This document shows, in pieces, positions 1 through 12,592 of a stretch of 64,000 nt of DNA. Where the stretch lies: the NCBI RefSeq assembly GCF_009914755.1, contig NC_060925.1; one strand, written 5' to 3'. This DNA is from the human T2T-CHM13v2.0 reference genome, Homo sapiens. A program made the position numbers and the translations under genes. Below the pieces are notes generated by a model. That model did no database searches. It was given only the letters and a program-made list of their open reading frames with translations, and was not told where the DNA came from. Numbering within the stretch: position 1 is the first letter of the stretch; each line of letters opens with the position of its first letter.

Positions 1-249
1 AAAGGGCCCTGGGTACATTCCAAGAACTAGACCTTCCAGGCCCCCTGGCTGGACCACCCACACCTCATCAAATCTATAGGGCCAGACTGCAGAAAAAACT
101 CCTTGTCCATTGTTAAAACCCTGCAGAAAGAACCAGACTCTACAGCAGTCAGCACTGACTTGCTGCCACTCTGAACAAGGCCTGCTGGGACCTCCTACTC
201 GACCTCCCTGTCCCTCCTGGGCCTCTCCGGCCTCCTCTCCTTCCACCTT

Positions 250-975
250 CCCTCACTCACTCCCCAGCAATGCTGGTCTCCTCCTTTGGCCCCCCACACA
301 CCAGATATGGTCCCATCTCAGGGCCTTTGTTCCTGCAGTTCCCCCTGCCTGAACTGTCCCTCCTTGTATATTTGCCTGGCTGTCTCCCTCAATTCACAAT
401 TCCTTTAGGCCGGGAGTTCCCAAGCCCTGGCTGCAGACTGGTACCGGTCCATGGCCTGTTAGGAACTGGGCCACAGCATTAGATTCTCCTAGGAGCGCGA
501 GCCCTATTGTAAATTGTGAGTTTGAAGAATCTAGGTTGCGCTCCTTATGAGAGTTTAATGCCTGATGATGGGAGGTGGAACAGTTTCATCCTGAAGCCAT
601 TCTACCCCAGTGCCCCGGTCCATGGAAAAATTGTCTTCCATGAAACTGGCCCCTAGTGCCAAGAAGGTTGGAAACCGCTGCTTTAGGCCTTTACTCAGAG
701 CCACCTCCTCCATCAGTCCTTTGTGGCCATGCTCTCCAAAAGGGCAAATCCCCACCCATGTCTCCAATTTGCATGACTCTTTTTCTACTTTATTTTTCTC
801 TTGAATACTTGTCACTATCTAAATACTTCTATTTTACTCATTTTTGTTGTTTATTATGCCTTTCCCACTAGAGTGTATGTTCAGTATGCACAGAAATACA
901 TCCCCCAGGGCCTAGAAGAATACCTGGCACAAGGAAAGCAGGCAGTCAATATCCATTGCAGAAATAAATGAATAC
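250..975 (+). mobile_element. Old L2 LINE 3' fragment, interrupted by MER1
   Basis: L2-like motifs (cagggcctttgttcctgcagttccc; cctagaagaatacctggcaca...aaataaatgaat 3' tail). Boundaries approximate. Confidence 0.55.
411..680. mobile_element. MER1-type hAT/Charlie DNA transposon fossil
   Basis: MER1-like sequence (tggtaccggtccatggcctgttaggaac...gaaactggcccctagtgccaagaaggttgg) flanked by a perfect 8-bp TSD CTTTAGGC (403-410, 681-688), typical of hAT. Confidence 0.85.
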
Positions 976-2262
976 TCTGTAACAAAGTTATGCTTTTGCT
1001 TTTATCCCGAGAAACAAACAGAGTATATGCCTATCACAATAAATATTTGTTAAGTGAATAAATGGGAGACATGCAGGATGGCTGGTTTATTGTTGCCTTT
1101 AGAAAACAGTATGAATTCCATCCTGCCGAGATCTCCTCCAACTTCCCTCTCCAGCTTCACCACCTGCCTCCCTCCTCTGCTCAACCGGAGCAGGTATTCC
1201 CCGGTTCAGTGCACTGAAGCCTGGCTTCTGCCATTTCCTCTGCCTGGAAGGTCCTGCATCTACCTCTTTGTGAACTTACAACCTGTTTGTCTCTTCAGGA
1301 CCAGCTCAGGTACCACCTAGCTGGAGTCCCTTTGGCCTCTGGTGAATTCCATGTGCATTTCTCCCAGGTCCTGAGGTCCCTGGGTATCTGTCTCATCTCC
1401 TTCATCTGTCTGAATCCCAGAGAAGAGCAGGTGCTGCTCTGCCTTGTTCATATCTGTAGTCCTTACCTCCCTTCACTCATAGGCAGCTGCAGATACAGAT
1501 GGGGTCTGGAGAATTTGGGGATGTGTTGGAGGGATGGGGTGAGAGAGGAGGTCTGGAGAACTCCATGTTCATATCCGATTCTGTCAGAGTTTGAGAAGTG
1601 CAACAACAGAAGTAGAACTAACTGACATGCCCCTATGACAGTGAAAAGAACACAGGTCTTGGAATCAGAGAGCCTGGTCTCATCTCCTTGCTAAGTCTCC
1701 TTAGACAAACCATTTACCTTTCCCAAGCCTTGGTTTCTTCAACTACAAAAATGTGTATGCCACAAGGATATTGTTTGGATAAAAGAATATCATTCTTGAG
1801 GGGGGAAGAAGTGTAAACTGGAAAACACTATGCAAATGTAAACGAATGTGTAAAAGATGTTCTAACCAGTGAAACTGACAAGAGTGTGGCTCAGGTTGCT
1901 GCCAGAGGGTGGCAGCAGCAGGCAGGGACTTTGGCCCACGGTCCTTTGAAAAAAGCTACCCTGGAAACTGCCAGAAAGGGATACATTCGCTGGGTTGCCC
2001 TGAGATGATCAGCTCATCTGACTGAAGAGATTGCCCTCTCTCCTGGAGTGGGATCTGGCCAGGGCTGAACCAAACCCCAGAAGTCTTCCCTTGAGTGATT
2101 TTCCCCAGATGTTTTTTACGGCCACCCTCACCATCACGATGCTGTCCTGAAATTTCCGGCATTCGGTGTAGGTGTTTTCTTGGTGACCTCATCTAGTCTT
2201 CACCACAAACTTTTGAGTATAAGTGAGCAGGCCAGATTGTAACTCCTTCCCACAGATCATCA

Positions 2263-2405
2263 TTTTTTTTTTTAAATTTTCATTTTTATAGAGACAGGGT
2301 CTCACTATGTTGCCCAGGCTGGTCTTGAACTCTGGCCTCAAGCGATCCACTTGCCTTGACCTCCCAAAGTGTTGGGATTACAGGCGTGAGCCACGGCACC
2401 TGGCT
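2263..2405 (-). mobile_element. Alu monomer (FLAM-like)
   Basis: Poly-T followed by the reverse complement of a single Alu left arm. Confidence 0.85.
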
Positions 2406-3842
2406 GCACCTCACCATTTCAGACATGACAAAACTGAGGCCCAAAGAGGTTACTTTGAAGATCACACAGATACTAAATAGGAAAAAGTTAGAATTTGCAT
2501 TTTAAGCCTGGGTTTCTTTTTTTAGCTTGAATTCCATTACATCATCACTTCTTTCACCTTGCTTGTTCAGTTATTCATACAACCAGCACTTTTTGGGCTC
2601 TTGCAGTTTGCTGGAGAGCTGCATAGACTTCCTACTACTTAGCCATGGTGGCCGCTCTCCTGGCCTAGGCGAGCCGATGTCTCCCACCCTTTCTGTTCAG
2701 AGCTAGGGCCTCAGTCTATCTTCCTCTACTCTGGGCAGCAGGCGCCACCTCCTTAGTGTTCTGGGGCTCATATCCCAAGCCCAACAGCTGAGAAAGGGCC
2801 CTGTCTCCCCCTGCTCCCTACATCACAGCTTCTTAGATCACAATCTCACAGGCCCTGCTGGCTTTATACTTAGGCAATCCTGAGAAATAACTAGGAAGAG
2901 GAGGGTAACAAAAACAAAAATAAAAAGCAGAGAAAAGTAACGCATACCTAAGGAATCATATAAAGTTTCCTAGTTCTTCTCAATCTACAGTTCACGACTT
3001 CTCTGCTACGAAGTCTTCAAGCCCTGAGCTTGAGTTCTCCTGACTTACTTCCGAAGGTGAAACTTCTCTATTTTGTCTCTTTTATTCTCTTAAGTTGGCC
3101 TCATTATCAGGAACATAGAGGCAATCTGGGAAGAAAGCTGACATTTGTTGAGCATCTCCTAGGGCCAGGCATCGTGCTAGACCCTGGACACACGTCACTT
3201 CATTTGACCTCACAATAGGCTTGAGAACAAAGCATTTGTCTTCTTTTACAAATGTGGAAACCGAGACGCAAAGACATGAAATGACATGCCTAAATTCGTG
3301 TATCTAGCATGTGGTGGCTCAAAGCTCTTTTCCCTTAAAGCACATGATTATACAGCTAGCAACAAGCATGTACCCCTTCTCTCAGAGGTGTTTAACGCTT
3401 GGGGGAATTCCAAGGTCAGTGACTTTCATATCCGGAACCCAGGCTTCACACAGGAACTGGCACTGTGGGCCGATTCTGTCCTCTCTGCTTTGTGGGTGGG
3501 AAGCCCAAGAGGAAAAGAAAACTCAGTTTTTGCCTTGGAGGAGATAACACCTGACAAAGGAACAAGCTCTCAGAGACAGACTTTTTGGCTGGAAAAGAGT
3601 ACATCTGCTGCCATGGTGCATGCATTGGTGGCCGATAACATTAGGCTGCTTTTGTGAGAACACTCACCTCTTTGCCTGGCAGTGACAATGTTTGTGGAAT
3701 CTGATTTTGCTGCTGATACTGATACTGAAATTCTGCTGTGATCATCTAGATACAACCAAGATAAACATCAATAGGACCTGGCCACAGACACACAGTGTGG
3801 CCTTTCTGATCATCACTGAAGCCCTGGCAAATATCAGTTTTT

Positions 3843-6800
3843 TTTCTTTTTGTCGTTTTATAAGCACTTTGTTTTATTGCACAGAAGCAATTGAAACTGG
3901 ACACAGGTGGAAAGTGCGCCCTGGCATAATTCAGTGCCCAGTGCCCGGCCCCACCTGGACCACTCTTCCAGAATAGAGGTCTCTGGGCAAGGGCTTGACC
4001 ACTCCTTTGGAAAACAGAAGGCATTTGGGAACAGGTTAAGACATCTCAAGCATAATGTGTTTCTAACTGCTTGTGGTCATCTGTCAGTTGCACATAGAGG
4101 CAATAAATGCACTTATTTGGAAAGGAGGGGGGCAGTTTTTATAGTCAAGTATTTACGTATGGCATTTGGCATGTATCACATTCGGCTACATAAGCTATCA
4201 TAACATAATTGTCCATCGCCTCGGGAGGGTGTGGGGGCAGGAGGCTGGGATTGCCCTCTTTTGCTAACATATTGCTAATGAAGTTCCTGTTTGAAGAGGG
4301 AGGCCCTGTCATCTAAGCAGTTTCTTCTTACATAAAAAGTAAAAATTGCATTACTCTGATCCTTGAGCTCCAGGACCCTTTTGAGTTTCTTTGGCTGCTC
4401 CAGACATTCCTTTCTCCCTGCCTTACTTCCCCTTGGCAGCCTTGTCTTCTGTGGCCTTCTCTGGAGGCCTGCTGTCTTTTTGGTCTGTGCTGGAGGATTT
4501 TTCAGCCTTTTCCGCCTTAGGTTCACTGAGCTCCTTTGAGAGGGTCGTCTTTGGCTTTGGGTCTTGGGTTTCTCCTCAGGCTTCTTGAACTCAGTGGCCT
4601 TCTCCTCCTTGGTATCTTTTTTCTCCATTGCTGCTGCCGCCTCCTCCCTCTCTGCTGGTTTTCTGGGTTCCTTGGCCTTGGCATCATCTGGTTCCTTCTT
4701 GGCCATCTCTGTCTTCTCTTTGGGTTTAGCGTCTTCCTTCACCTCCACCTTGGCAGGAGCCTCCTTCTCTAAGGTGGCTGCTTTTTTCTTATCTTCAGCC
4801 TCTTCCTTCTTGGCTTCAACTTTGGATTCTTTGGGCTTTTCGATGGCAGCTTCCTTCTCCTCCACCTCGGGCTTTGGAGCCTCCTTGTTGGATGACTCCT
4901 CTTTCTTGCTCTCCTTCTCTGTTTTTGGCGTGGCGGTAGCTTTCTCTTCCTCTGCCTTCTTTGCAGGCTCTTTGACTTTTACGTCCTGGGGCTTCTCCTC
5001 CTCCTTCACTGGGGACTTCACCTCTTCCTTCTTTGGGATCTCCTTCTCGGGGGCCTTGGCATCCTCTTTCAGGGGAGACTTCACCTTCTCTGGGAACTTG
5101 ACCTCCTCTTTGACAGGGCTTTTGGCCTTTTTGGGGGATTTATCTGCAGAGGGCCTTGCTTCCTCCTTTGCTGGAGTGTTGGCTTCTGGAGACTTCACAT
5201 CAAGAGTCTTGGCCTTCTCAGGGGACTTTGCTTCTTCCTTCACTGGGGACTTGGCCTTCTTTGGAGACTTGGCCTCAGCCAGTGACTTTGCCTCTTCCTT
5301 TGCTGGGGACTTGGCCTTCCCGGGGGGACTTGATCTCAGCTGGAGATTTTGCTTCCTCTTTCTGTGGGGACTTGGCCTTAGCCAGTGACTTTGCCTCTTC
5401 CTTTGTTGGGGACTTGGCCTTCCCAGAAGACTTCACCTCAGCTGGGGATTTTGCTTCCTCCTTCTCTGGGGACTTGGCCTCAGCCGGTGACTTTGCCTCT
5501 TCCTTCACTGGGGACTTGGCTTCCTTCTCTGGGGATGTGGCCTCTTCTGCTAGGGGAGACTTTGCTTCTTCTTCTCCCCCTTTTGCCTCCTCTTCTTCAC
5601 CCCCTTCTTCCTCCTTGACCTCCTCCTCTTTGGCCTCTTTCTCCTCTTCTTCAGTCACTTTTTCAGTCACTTGGGTCTCCTCTGTCTGTTCCTCCACAAT
5701 CACAGTTTCTTTCTCAGACTTCTCTACCACTTTGATCTTCTCTTTGCTTTAGACCTTTATGTGAGTGGACATGGAGGGCATTTGGAGGAGTCCTTCTGGA
5801 AGTGAGAAAGGAATTGGGCCAAAGCCAGTCTGACATTCCTCACCTTCCAGGAGTTTTCTGTAAGGGGCTATCTCTATATCCAGAGCCATCTTGACATTGA
5901 GCAGGTCCTGGTAGTACTCTCGCAGCTGGGCCGCCATTTCTCACTTGGTGTTCCAGCGTCCAGCTGCTGAGTGGCTTCCTGGTAGGAGGCAATGTCGGCC
6001 TGATGACGGTCCTCCAGCTCAGAACACTGCCTGTCCAGTGAGTCGATGGTGCTCTTCAGTGCCTCCAGCTCTGTGGTCTCGGCCGGAAGCTGACGCTGAT
6101 ACTCAGTTATCTCCTCCTGCACTCAGCACATGGAGTCTGTGTTCACCTTGGCTGCCTCAGACAGTCGGTCCATCCTCACTTGGAACCACTCCTCAAACTG
6201 CAGCGTGCTCTGCACCGCATGGCCTTCAAGCTGCCGCAGATCTCATGCAGTGCAGACGCCGTGACATCACGTCACACTTGAGGGCGTCCCCTCCGCGGCC
6301 TGCACCTGCGCCTGCGCCTGCGAGGCGCCGCAGCCCTGCATCTGGCCGAGCAGCTCGCCCACCTGCTCCTGCTGGCGGTGCCACAGGTAGCTACACTCCT
6401 CTTGCAGTGCCTGCACCTTCTTCTGCAGTTCCACGCCCGCCGCCTCGGCCTCCTGCAAGAAGCCGCCAACAGCACAAGCCTTGACCTCTTTGTGCTGCTG
6501 GGCCTCATCATGGAGGCACCGGTGCACATGTGGAAGTCCTGGAGCAGGTGCTCCTGCTCCAGGCGCAGCAGACTGCGCACCATGCCCAGGCACAGCACCG
6601 TGGGGCGCATCCCGCAGACCTCGAGTTCATACAGCTCACCCACGGTGGTGCAGCCTGCCTGCTGCTATCGCAGCACCACCGCCTCACCCTCCAGGCTGCA
6701 GTTGTGCACGTCTAGTTGCCGCACCTTGTCGCTCTAGCCTGTGAAGCAGTCCTTCAGCACCTGCAGCTGCTCCTTCTCACTGTGCGCTGTGGCTGCCGCC

Positions 6801-7094
6801 ACCACTCAGCCCTCCCATCCCATTGGTCAGCGTGTCCAGCCAGTCAGTGCTCAAGGCGGCAGGCGCCCCCGAAGTGGCTGGGCGAGGCTGACATGGAGCT
6901 CATGGACATCCGTGTCCATGAGTGGAACCCGCTGGAGGATCCAGCAGCCGAGCGCCTTCTGCTTGTGCTGCCCTTTAGGGTCAGCGTGTAGTGGAGGCTG
7001 CTGCTGCCGTTCAGCACCCAGCAGTGCCTCAGAGCCACCAAAGCTCATCATGGTCTGAGCAGGTGCCTGGGGCCAGGACGGGATGGGAGGCACT
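3843..7094 (-). pseudogene. NEFHP1: Processed pseudogene of neurofilament heavy chain (NEFH)
   Basis: Minus-strand fragments match NEFH: MMSFGG..ALLGA start (ATG 7051), rod end [27 protein letters not shown] tail, and KAAKGK-stop (TAA 4423-4425). No introns; multiple frameshifts and stops; AATAAA and A-rich tail near 3843-3880; 15-bp TSD CAAAT[A/G]TCAGTTTTT at 3828-3842 and 7095-7109. Symbol recalled from locus knowledge. Confidence 0.95.
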
Positions 7095-7120
7095 CAAATG
7101 TCAGTTTTTGGTAAAAATGC

Positions 7121-7512
<392 letters not shown>

Positions 7513-7837
7513 TTAGGCAGGAAGGTGAGGTGGGACGCAGGGATTACTGCAACTAAGGACAAGTGAGGTGTGCAAGGCAAAAAGTGACAGTGAGGTCTCA
7601 GGAAGAAGCAAGCAGTGTCTCCGAGTTTGGAGCACAGGTCCAAAGGGCTAGGGATTAGGTGATGAAAGTGTGGAGGAAGGGGACAGGCACAACCCAGAAC
7701 CTCTCAGGGCTTAGAGTCCTCCACTGAAATGTGAGGGGATGTAATCCTATTTGGAATTTCTTTCTCTTCCAAAATCTCACAGTTCAAAAAATTCAGGTAA
7801 GTGTGAAATACAGAAATGGCAATTTTGACCATAGTCC

Positions 7838-8247
7838 TGCCAGAAATAACAAGTTCCTCTTCAAAGCTTCCATGGTCTTTCTTAATCAGTAATGAGCACT
7901 TGTTTCTCTGCTTAATCTGTAAAGAGCAAATGTCTTATTCTGTAAACAACCCTTCCCACCTAGTTGGTAATGGACAGCCTCTCCCTTCCTGCCTAACTGA
8001 CCTTATTCAATTTCAAACACTAGCCAATCAGGTCAGCTTAGACTGTGCCCAACTCCAGCCAATGGGGAAAGGACACAGAAACAGGAACTGTTTTAGGGAT
8101 AAAAATCCCTGCCCTAGCTGACTTGGTGTGCTCTTGTGATTGGAGGGATGCAGGCAGCACCCTTCTGCAAAGTAAATGTGCCTTGCTGAGAAATTTTCTA
8201 TCTAAGTGCTGGTTTTTCCTTGTGGCACTGAGCACTTGCTTCTAACA
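7838..8247 (+). repeat. 5' LTR (410 bp)
   Basis: TGCCAGAAATAA...TCTAACA, homologous to 12593-13036; CCAAT boxes, GATAAAA TATA-like motif and AGTAAA poly(A)-like signal. Confidence 0.95.
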
Positions 8248-8250
8248 ACT

Positions 8251-8268
8251 TGGGGGCTCATCTAGGAT
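8251..8268 (+). other. Primer binding site, tRNA-Pro type
   Basis: TGGGGGCTCATCTAGGAT, 3 nt after the 5' LTR, versus the canonical Pro PBS TGGGGGCTCGTCCGGGAT (3 mismatches, at CpG positions). Confidence 0.85.
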
Positions 8269-8844
8269 CCCATTCTCCTCAGGGGAAGGGTCTCCGATCA
8301 TCTCTTGTGAGGAGACGCATCCCACTGCCTCATTGCAGCTGCCTCAGGAGTGAGGGATCGAGACCCACCTGGCGTGACGAATAAACCCAGACTCTCAGCA
8401 ACATGGGAGGAAAAGGCCTACAGATACTGCAGTGACCAGGTAATTCTGTGCATAGACCAAGGTAAGAAAAGCTGCGGGGGTGGTGAAGTACTTCCTTGGT
8501 GGTTGGGATGTCCTGGAGGTTGAAAGTGTGTGGATAAGATGCACAATTAAGTGCAAAGCGAGTGTGGAGTCTGGATTTGCTGTTCTGTGGTCACGTCACA
8601 TGGCTTAAGGTGGCTTTCCTGTCAGGGGTTTATACCGACCCATCAATGCTAAGAAGGACCTAAATTCCCAGGAGAGAAACAGCCAAAGAAGGACAAAGGG
8701 AAAGCAAAGGAGTTCAAGAAACTTCCAGTGGTTGGGGGGGAGGGGGTTGCTGAGCCTCCAGAGAAAGAGTGCAAGAAATCTCTAGTAAGAGAGAATGAGC
8801 CACACACAGTCAGGAAACTCAGGGAAATGCCTACAACTTCCAGG

Positions 8845-10468
8845 ATGGGAAATACCCTAAGCAGGACAGGGAATATAAAGGACAAGACAGACAATAAAAT
8901 TCCCTCTGATAGCCCTCTAGTTCTCATGTTAAAATATTGGAGGGATAATGAAAGGACCAAACATAAGAAGAAGCAGAAAATGATAAATATTGTTGATTTA
9001 TTTGGACCAAATATTGTTGCTTTATTTGGACCAAAAAAACCTATTCTCAAATCTTCAGTTTTCTCACCAAGGTTTGGGTCAAATGAGGATTGGATTTGTC
9101 AACTTTTAATAGAATATGTCAATGATAAAAGTCCTGTCTCCCAAGAGGAAATAGACTATGCCCTGTGCTGGGGGCAGGGGCCTGTCCTCTTCTACCCTCT
9201 AAAAGCTACAGGAAATAAGCCAGAAACTACCTCCCCTAAAGAAATTGAGACCCCTACCCCAAACAGTCCATTAACACATGGGATCCTTTAGACCACCTTC
9301 CTCTGCTAAACACCACCAACTTTGCCTCCTCCTCAAGTAGATGTAACCACCCCAAACCCTTCCCCTGCTCACGTTGTTCCCTCCCCTTATAATCCTGACT
9401 CTTGGGGCCATTCCCAGTCTGAATGCCCTGTCCTAGGAAAGCTTCAATGTGAAATAGAACAACGTAAAAAGGATATTCGAAACTTCCCTTTCCCCTCCTC
9501 CTCAAAGGAGTCTGCCCCAACCCTTTTTCCCTTAAGAGAAGTACCACTTGGAGGAGGGGAATTGGCTCTGAAAATGCCCCCTTAACTAGTTCAGAGGTCA
9601 GAAACCTGAAGAGGGAACTTAAATCACCATTAGATGATCCTTTTGGGGTTGTGGATCAAATTGACCAATTTTTAGGACCACAAGTATATACTTGGGCTAA
9701 TGTCCATCTTAAGTATTCTCTTTTTTGGGTGGTGGAGGGGAATAAACATGATCCACAGGGCTGCTATGATAGTCTGGGAGCATGCACATCCTCCCAGTCA
9801 AAATATCCCTGCAGTAGAACAAAAATTTCCAGCCCAAGACCCCCAATGGGATAATGATAATGCAACCCACCGAAAAAACATGGAAGACCTTAGGGAGATG
9901 ATAGTTAAAGGGATTTGGGAATCAATGCCTCAAACCCCAAATATTTCACTAGCATTTAATATACAGCAGGGGAAAGATGAAGGGCCCATGGAGTTTTTAA
10001 ACAGACTAAAGGAACAGATGAGAAAATATGCAGGCTTAGACATAGAGGATCCCCTTGGGCAGGTGATGTTAAAGCTCCATTTTGTCACTAATAGTTGGCC
10101 AGGTATCACAAAGAAATTACAAAAAAAATAGAGAACTGGAAAGATCGGCCTATAGAGGAACTTTTGAGGGAGGCCCAAAAAAACATATGTAAGAACGGAT
10201 GAAGAAAAGCAAAAGCAAAAGGCAAAAATCAGCTCTCCACTCTACAACAAAGTACCCAAGGGGCCAAAACCTGTAAACAACTTAAGCCCCCACTCGCTAG
10301 GCATATAAAGGGTATGAAAAAGCAAAGCAAGGGAATTTAAAAATAAGGAGAGAAAGAGAGCAGAACAAATGTTTCAAATGTGGAAGAATAGGTCACTTCG
10401 AAATGGAATGTCCTGAATGGGAAAAAGAAAAGGAAGTCATCCCACCTATGGCCTTCGAGGAAGAATAG
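8845..10468 (+). pseudogene. Disrupted ERV gag
   Basis: MGN.. myristoylation-type start, Pro-rich PSPY region, major homology region (QQGKDEGPMEFLNRLKE), CCHC knuckle CFKCGRIGHFEMEC near 10369-10412, TAG at 10466-10468; several frameshifts. Confidence 0.9.
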
Positions 10469-10694
10469 GGGGGTCAGGGGCTCTGTTTCTTTTATCTCGA
10501 GTTCCACCAAGAGCCGTTGATAAATTTAGAGGTGGGACCCAAACCCGAGCTCATTGCCTTTTTAATCGACTCAGGGGCAGCTCACTCCTCTCTTTGTTAT
10601 CCTCCATCTGGTGTACTTTGTTCACAAGAAGAACTCCTGATCTCAGGAGTGAAAGAAGAAGGATTTAAAGCAAAAATCTTAGAAGAAAAAAAAG
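10469..10694 (+). pseudogene. Truncated ERV protease
   Basis: FLIDSGA aspartyl-protease motif in ORF 10517-10759; the reading ends abruptly at about 10694. Confidence 0.85.
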
Positions 10695-10749
10695 TCATGG
10701 ACCGTCACCCCAGGACCAACCCCCACCAGAGTAATGTTAAAGAAAAAAG

Positions 10750-12575
10750 CCTAATCTGACTGTCCCTTTTTCCTCTTCTCTTTCCCTTAGCTACCCCACA
10801 TCTCATTATTAATGTAACCAGGTCAAAGTCACCCCAAATCATTACTTTTGATGCTTGTCTTGTTATACCTTGTGGAGACTTGCAAAGTCAAAGGCAGTTC
10901 TCTACTTCAGAAAAGTATCTTTGCCATTCTTGGAAATTATCAGATTGGGCAGATTCAATTAACTGGGCAGTTCCCTTAGACTTGGGATATTATAAAGAAA
11001 ACTCTGTTAACTGGGAATCTTGTACTCCGAAAACAGAGTTTCTCTGCCGTAGCTTGTCCAAAATTCTATGGACTACCAAAAATCATGGTTGGACCTCCCC
11101 AACAACTCTCTGTGTGTCCAAAAACCATACATTCCTTTCACCAAATGAAGCCCCCACCAACTGCCAGCAAAACCAATGTAATCCAGTACAAATTTCCATT
11201 ACTATCACAACTTCCCAAAATTCCTCCCCTTCATTAAGTCATTTCTATGGTATAGGAGCAGAGGTCGCAGGGGCAGACTCTATAGGATTTTTTGAAATGC
11301 GTTTCGTCACCCCCTCATCCCCTCCTCCCTCTCCTAAACCTTCTAATCAAACTACCAGTCTCTCCCTACCCAATAGCAACACCAAAGTAGCCATTGTAGA
11401 AGTTAAAGATTTAAAACAAATCCTAGCTATTGAAACGGAGTACCAAGATGCAAATGCCTGGCTAGAATTGATTAGATATTCCATTCACACACTAAACAAA
11501 AGCGATTGTTACACTTGTGCAACGGGAAGGCCAGGGACCCAAATTATCCCCTTTCCACTTGGATGATCCTCCAACCAACAGGGTATGAGCTGTATGGTAG
11601 CTCTCTTCCAAAACCCCACAGCCTGGGGCAATAAAGCATGCCGAATTTAGCGGGATGCAGTAAGCCTAAGCCTTTTCAGGAGCTAACCAATCACTCTGCC
11701 CTTGTTCATCCCAGAGCAGATGTATGGTAGTACTGCAGTGGACCACTACTAGGTACTCTGCCAAGTGACTGGATCGGCACTTGCACCCTAATTCAATTGG
11801 CCATCCCTTTTATCCTGACATTTCATCAACAAAGCAAAAAAGACAATTGCAAAAAAGAAGTACCATCCCCCCACGGGTCCTTTGACTCTCACATTTATAT
11901 AGATGCCATCAGAGTTCCACAAGAGTGCCAAATGAATTTAAAACTTGAAATCAAATAGCTGCAGGATTTGAATCTATATTGTTCTCATGGGTAAATGTAA
12001 ACAAAAATGTAGACTGGATAAATTACATTTACTATAATCAACAGCAGTTTGTCAATTATGCTAGGGATACCATTAAAGGAATAGCTGAACAATTAGGCCC
12101 TACCACCCAAATGGTCCGGGAAAATAGAATAGCCCTGGACATGATATTGACTGAGAAAGGTGGGGTCTGTGTCATGATTGGGGTCCAATGCTATACTTTT
12201 ATCCCTAACAACACAGCCCCTGATGGAACAATTACAAAAGCCTTACAGGGCCTTACCACCCTAACAAATGAATTAGCTAAATTCTGGAATAGATGACCCC
12301 TTCTCTGGTCTCATGGGAAAATGGTTTGGAAAATGGAAGAGACTCATAACCTCAATCTTTACCCCTCTTGCAATTGTTATAGGTGTACTCACTCTTGTAG
12401 GTTGCTGCATCATACCTTGTATTTGTTGATTAGTGCAAAGGCTTATAGAAAAAGCCCTCATGAAAACCCCTCGATTCTCCCCCACCCTACTCAGATAAGT
12501 TCCTACTCCTAAATGACTAAGAGGAGCAACAAAGTCAGGATATGTTAAGGAAATGTGAAGAGGGAGAACTATAAA
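10750..12575 (+). pseudogene. Disrupted ERV env (gamma-type SU/TM)
   Basis: CYTC CXXC motif (ORF 10880-11566), immunosuppressive-domain-like ENRIALDMILTEKGGVC with CX6C(C>Y) in ORF 11979-12296, and a hydrophobic TM remnant; stops and frameshifts present. Confidence 0.88.
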
Positions 12576-12592
12576 GTCAAGAGGGGGAAATT

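Noticed and set aside
4564-5752. Long + strand ORFs (274 aa and 198 aa)
   Set aside because: Antisense shadows of the low-complexity K/E/P-rich NEFH tail, which rarely generates stops on the opposite strand.
10880-12296. Possible intact, syncytin-like env
   Set aside because: Split by stops and frameshifts, furin site degraded, CX6CC mutated; no full-length ORF.
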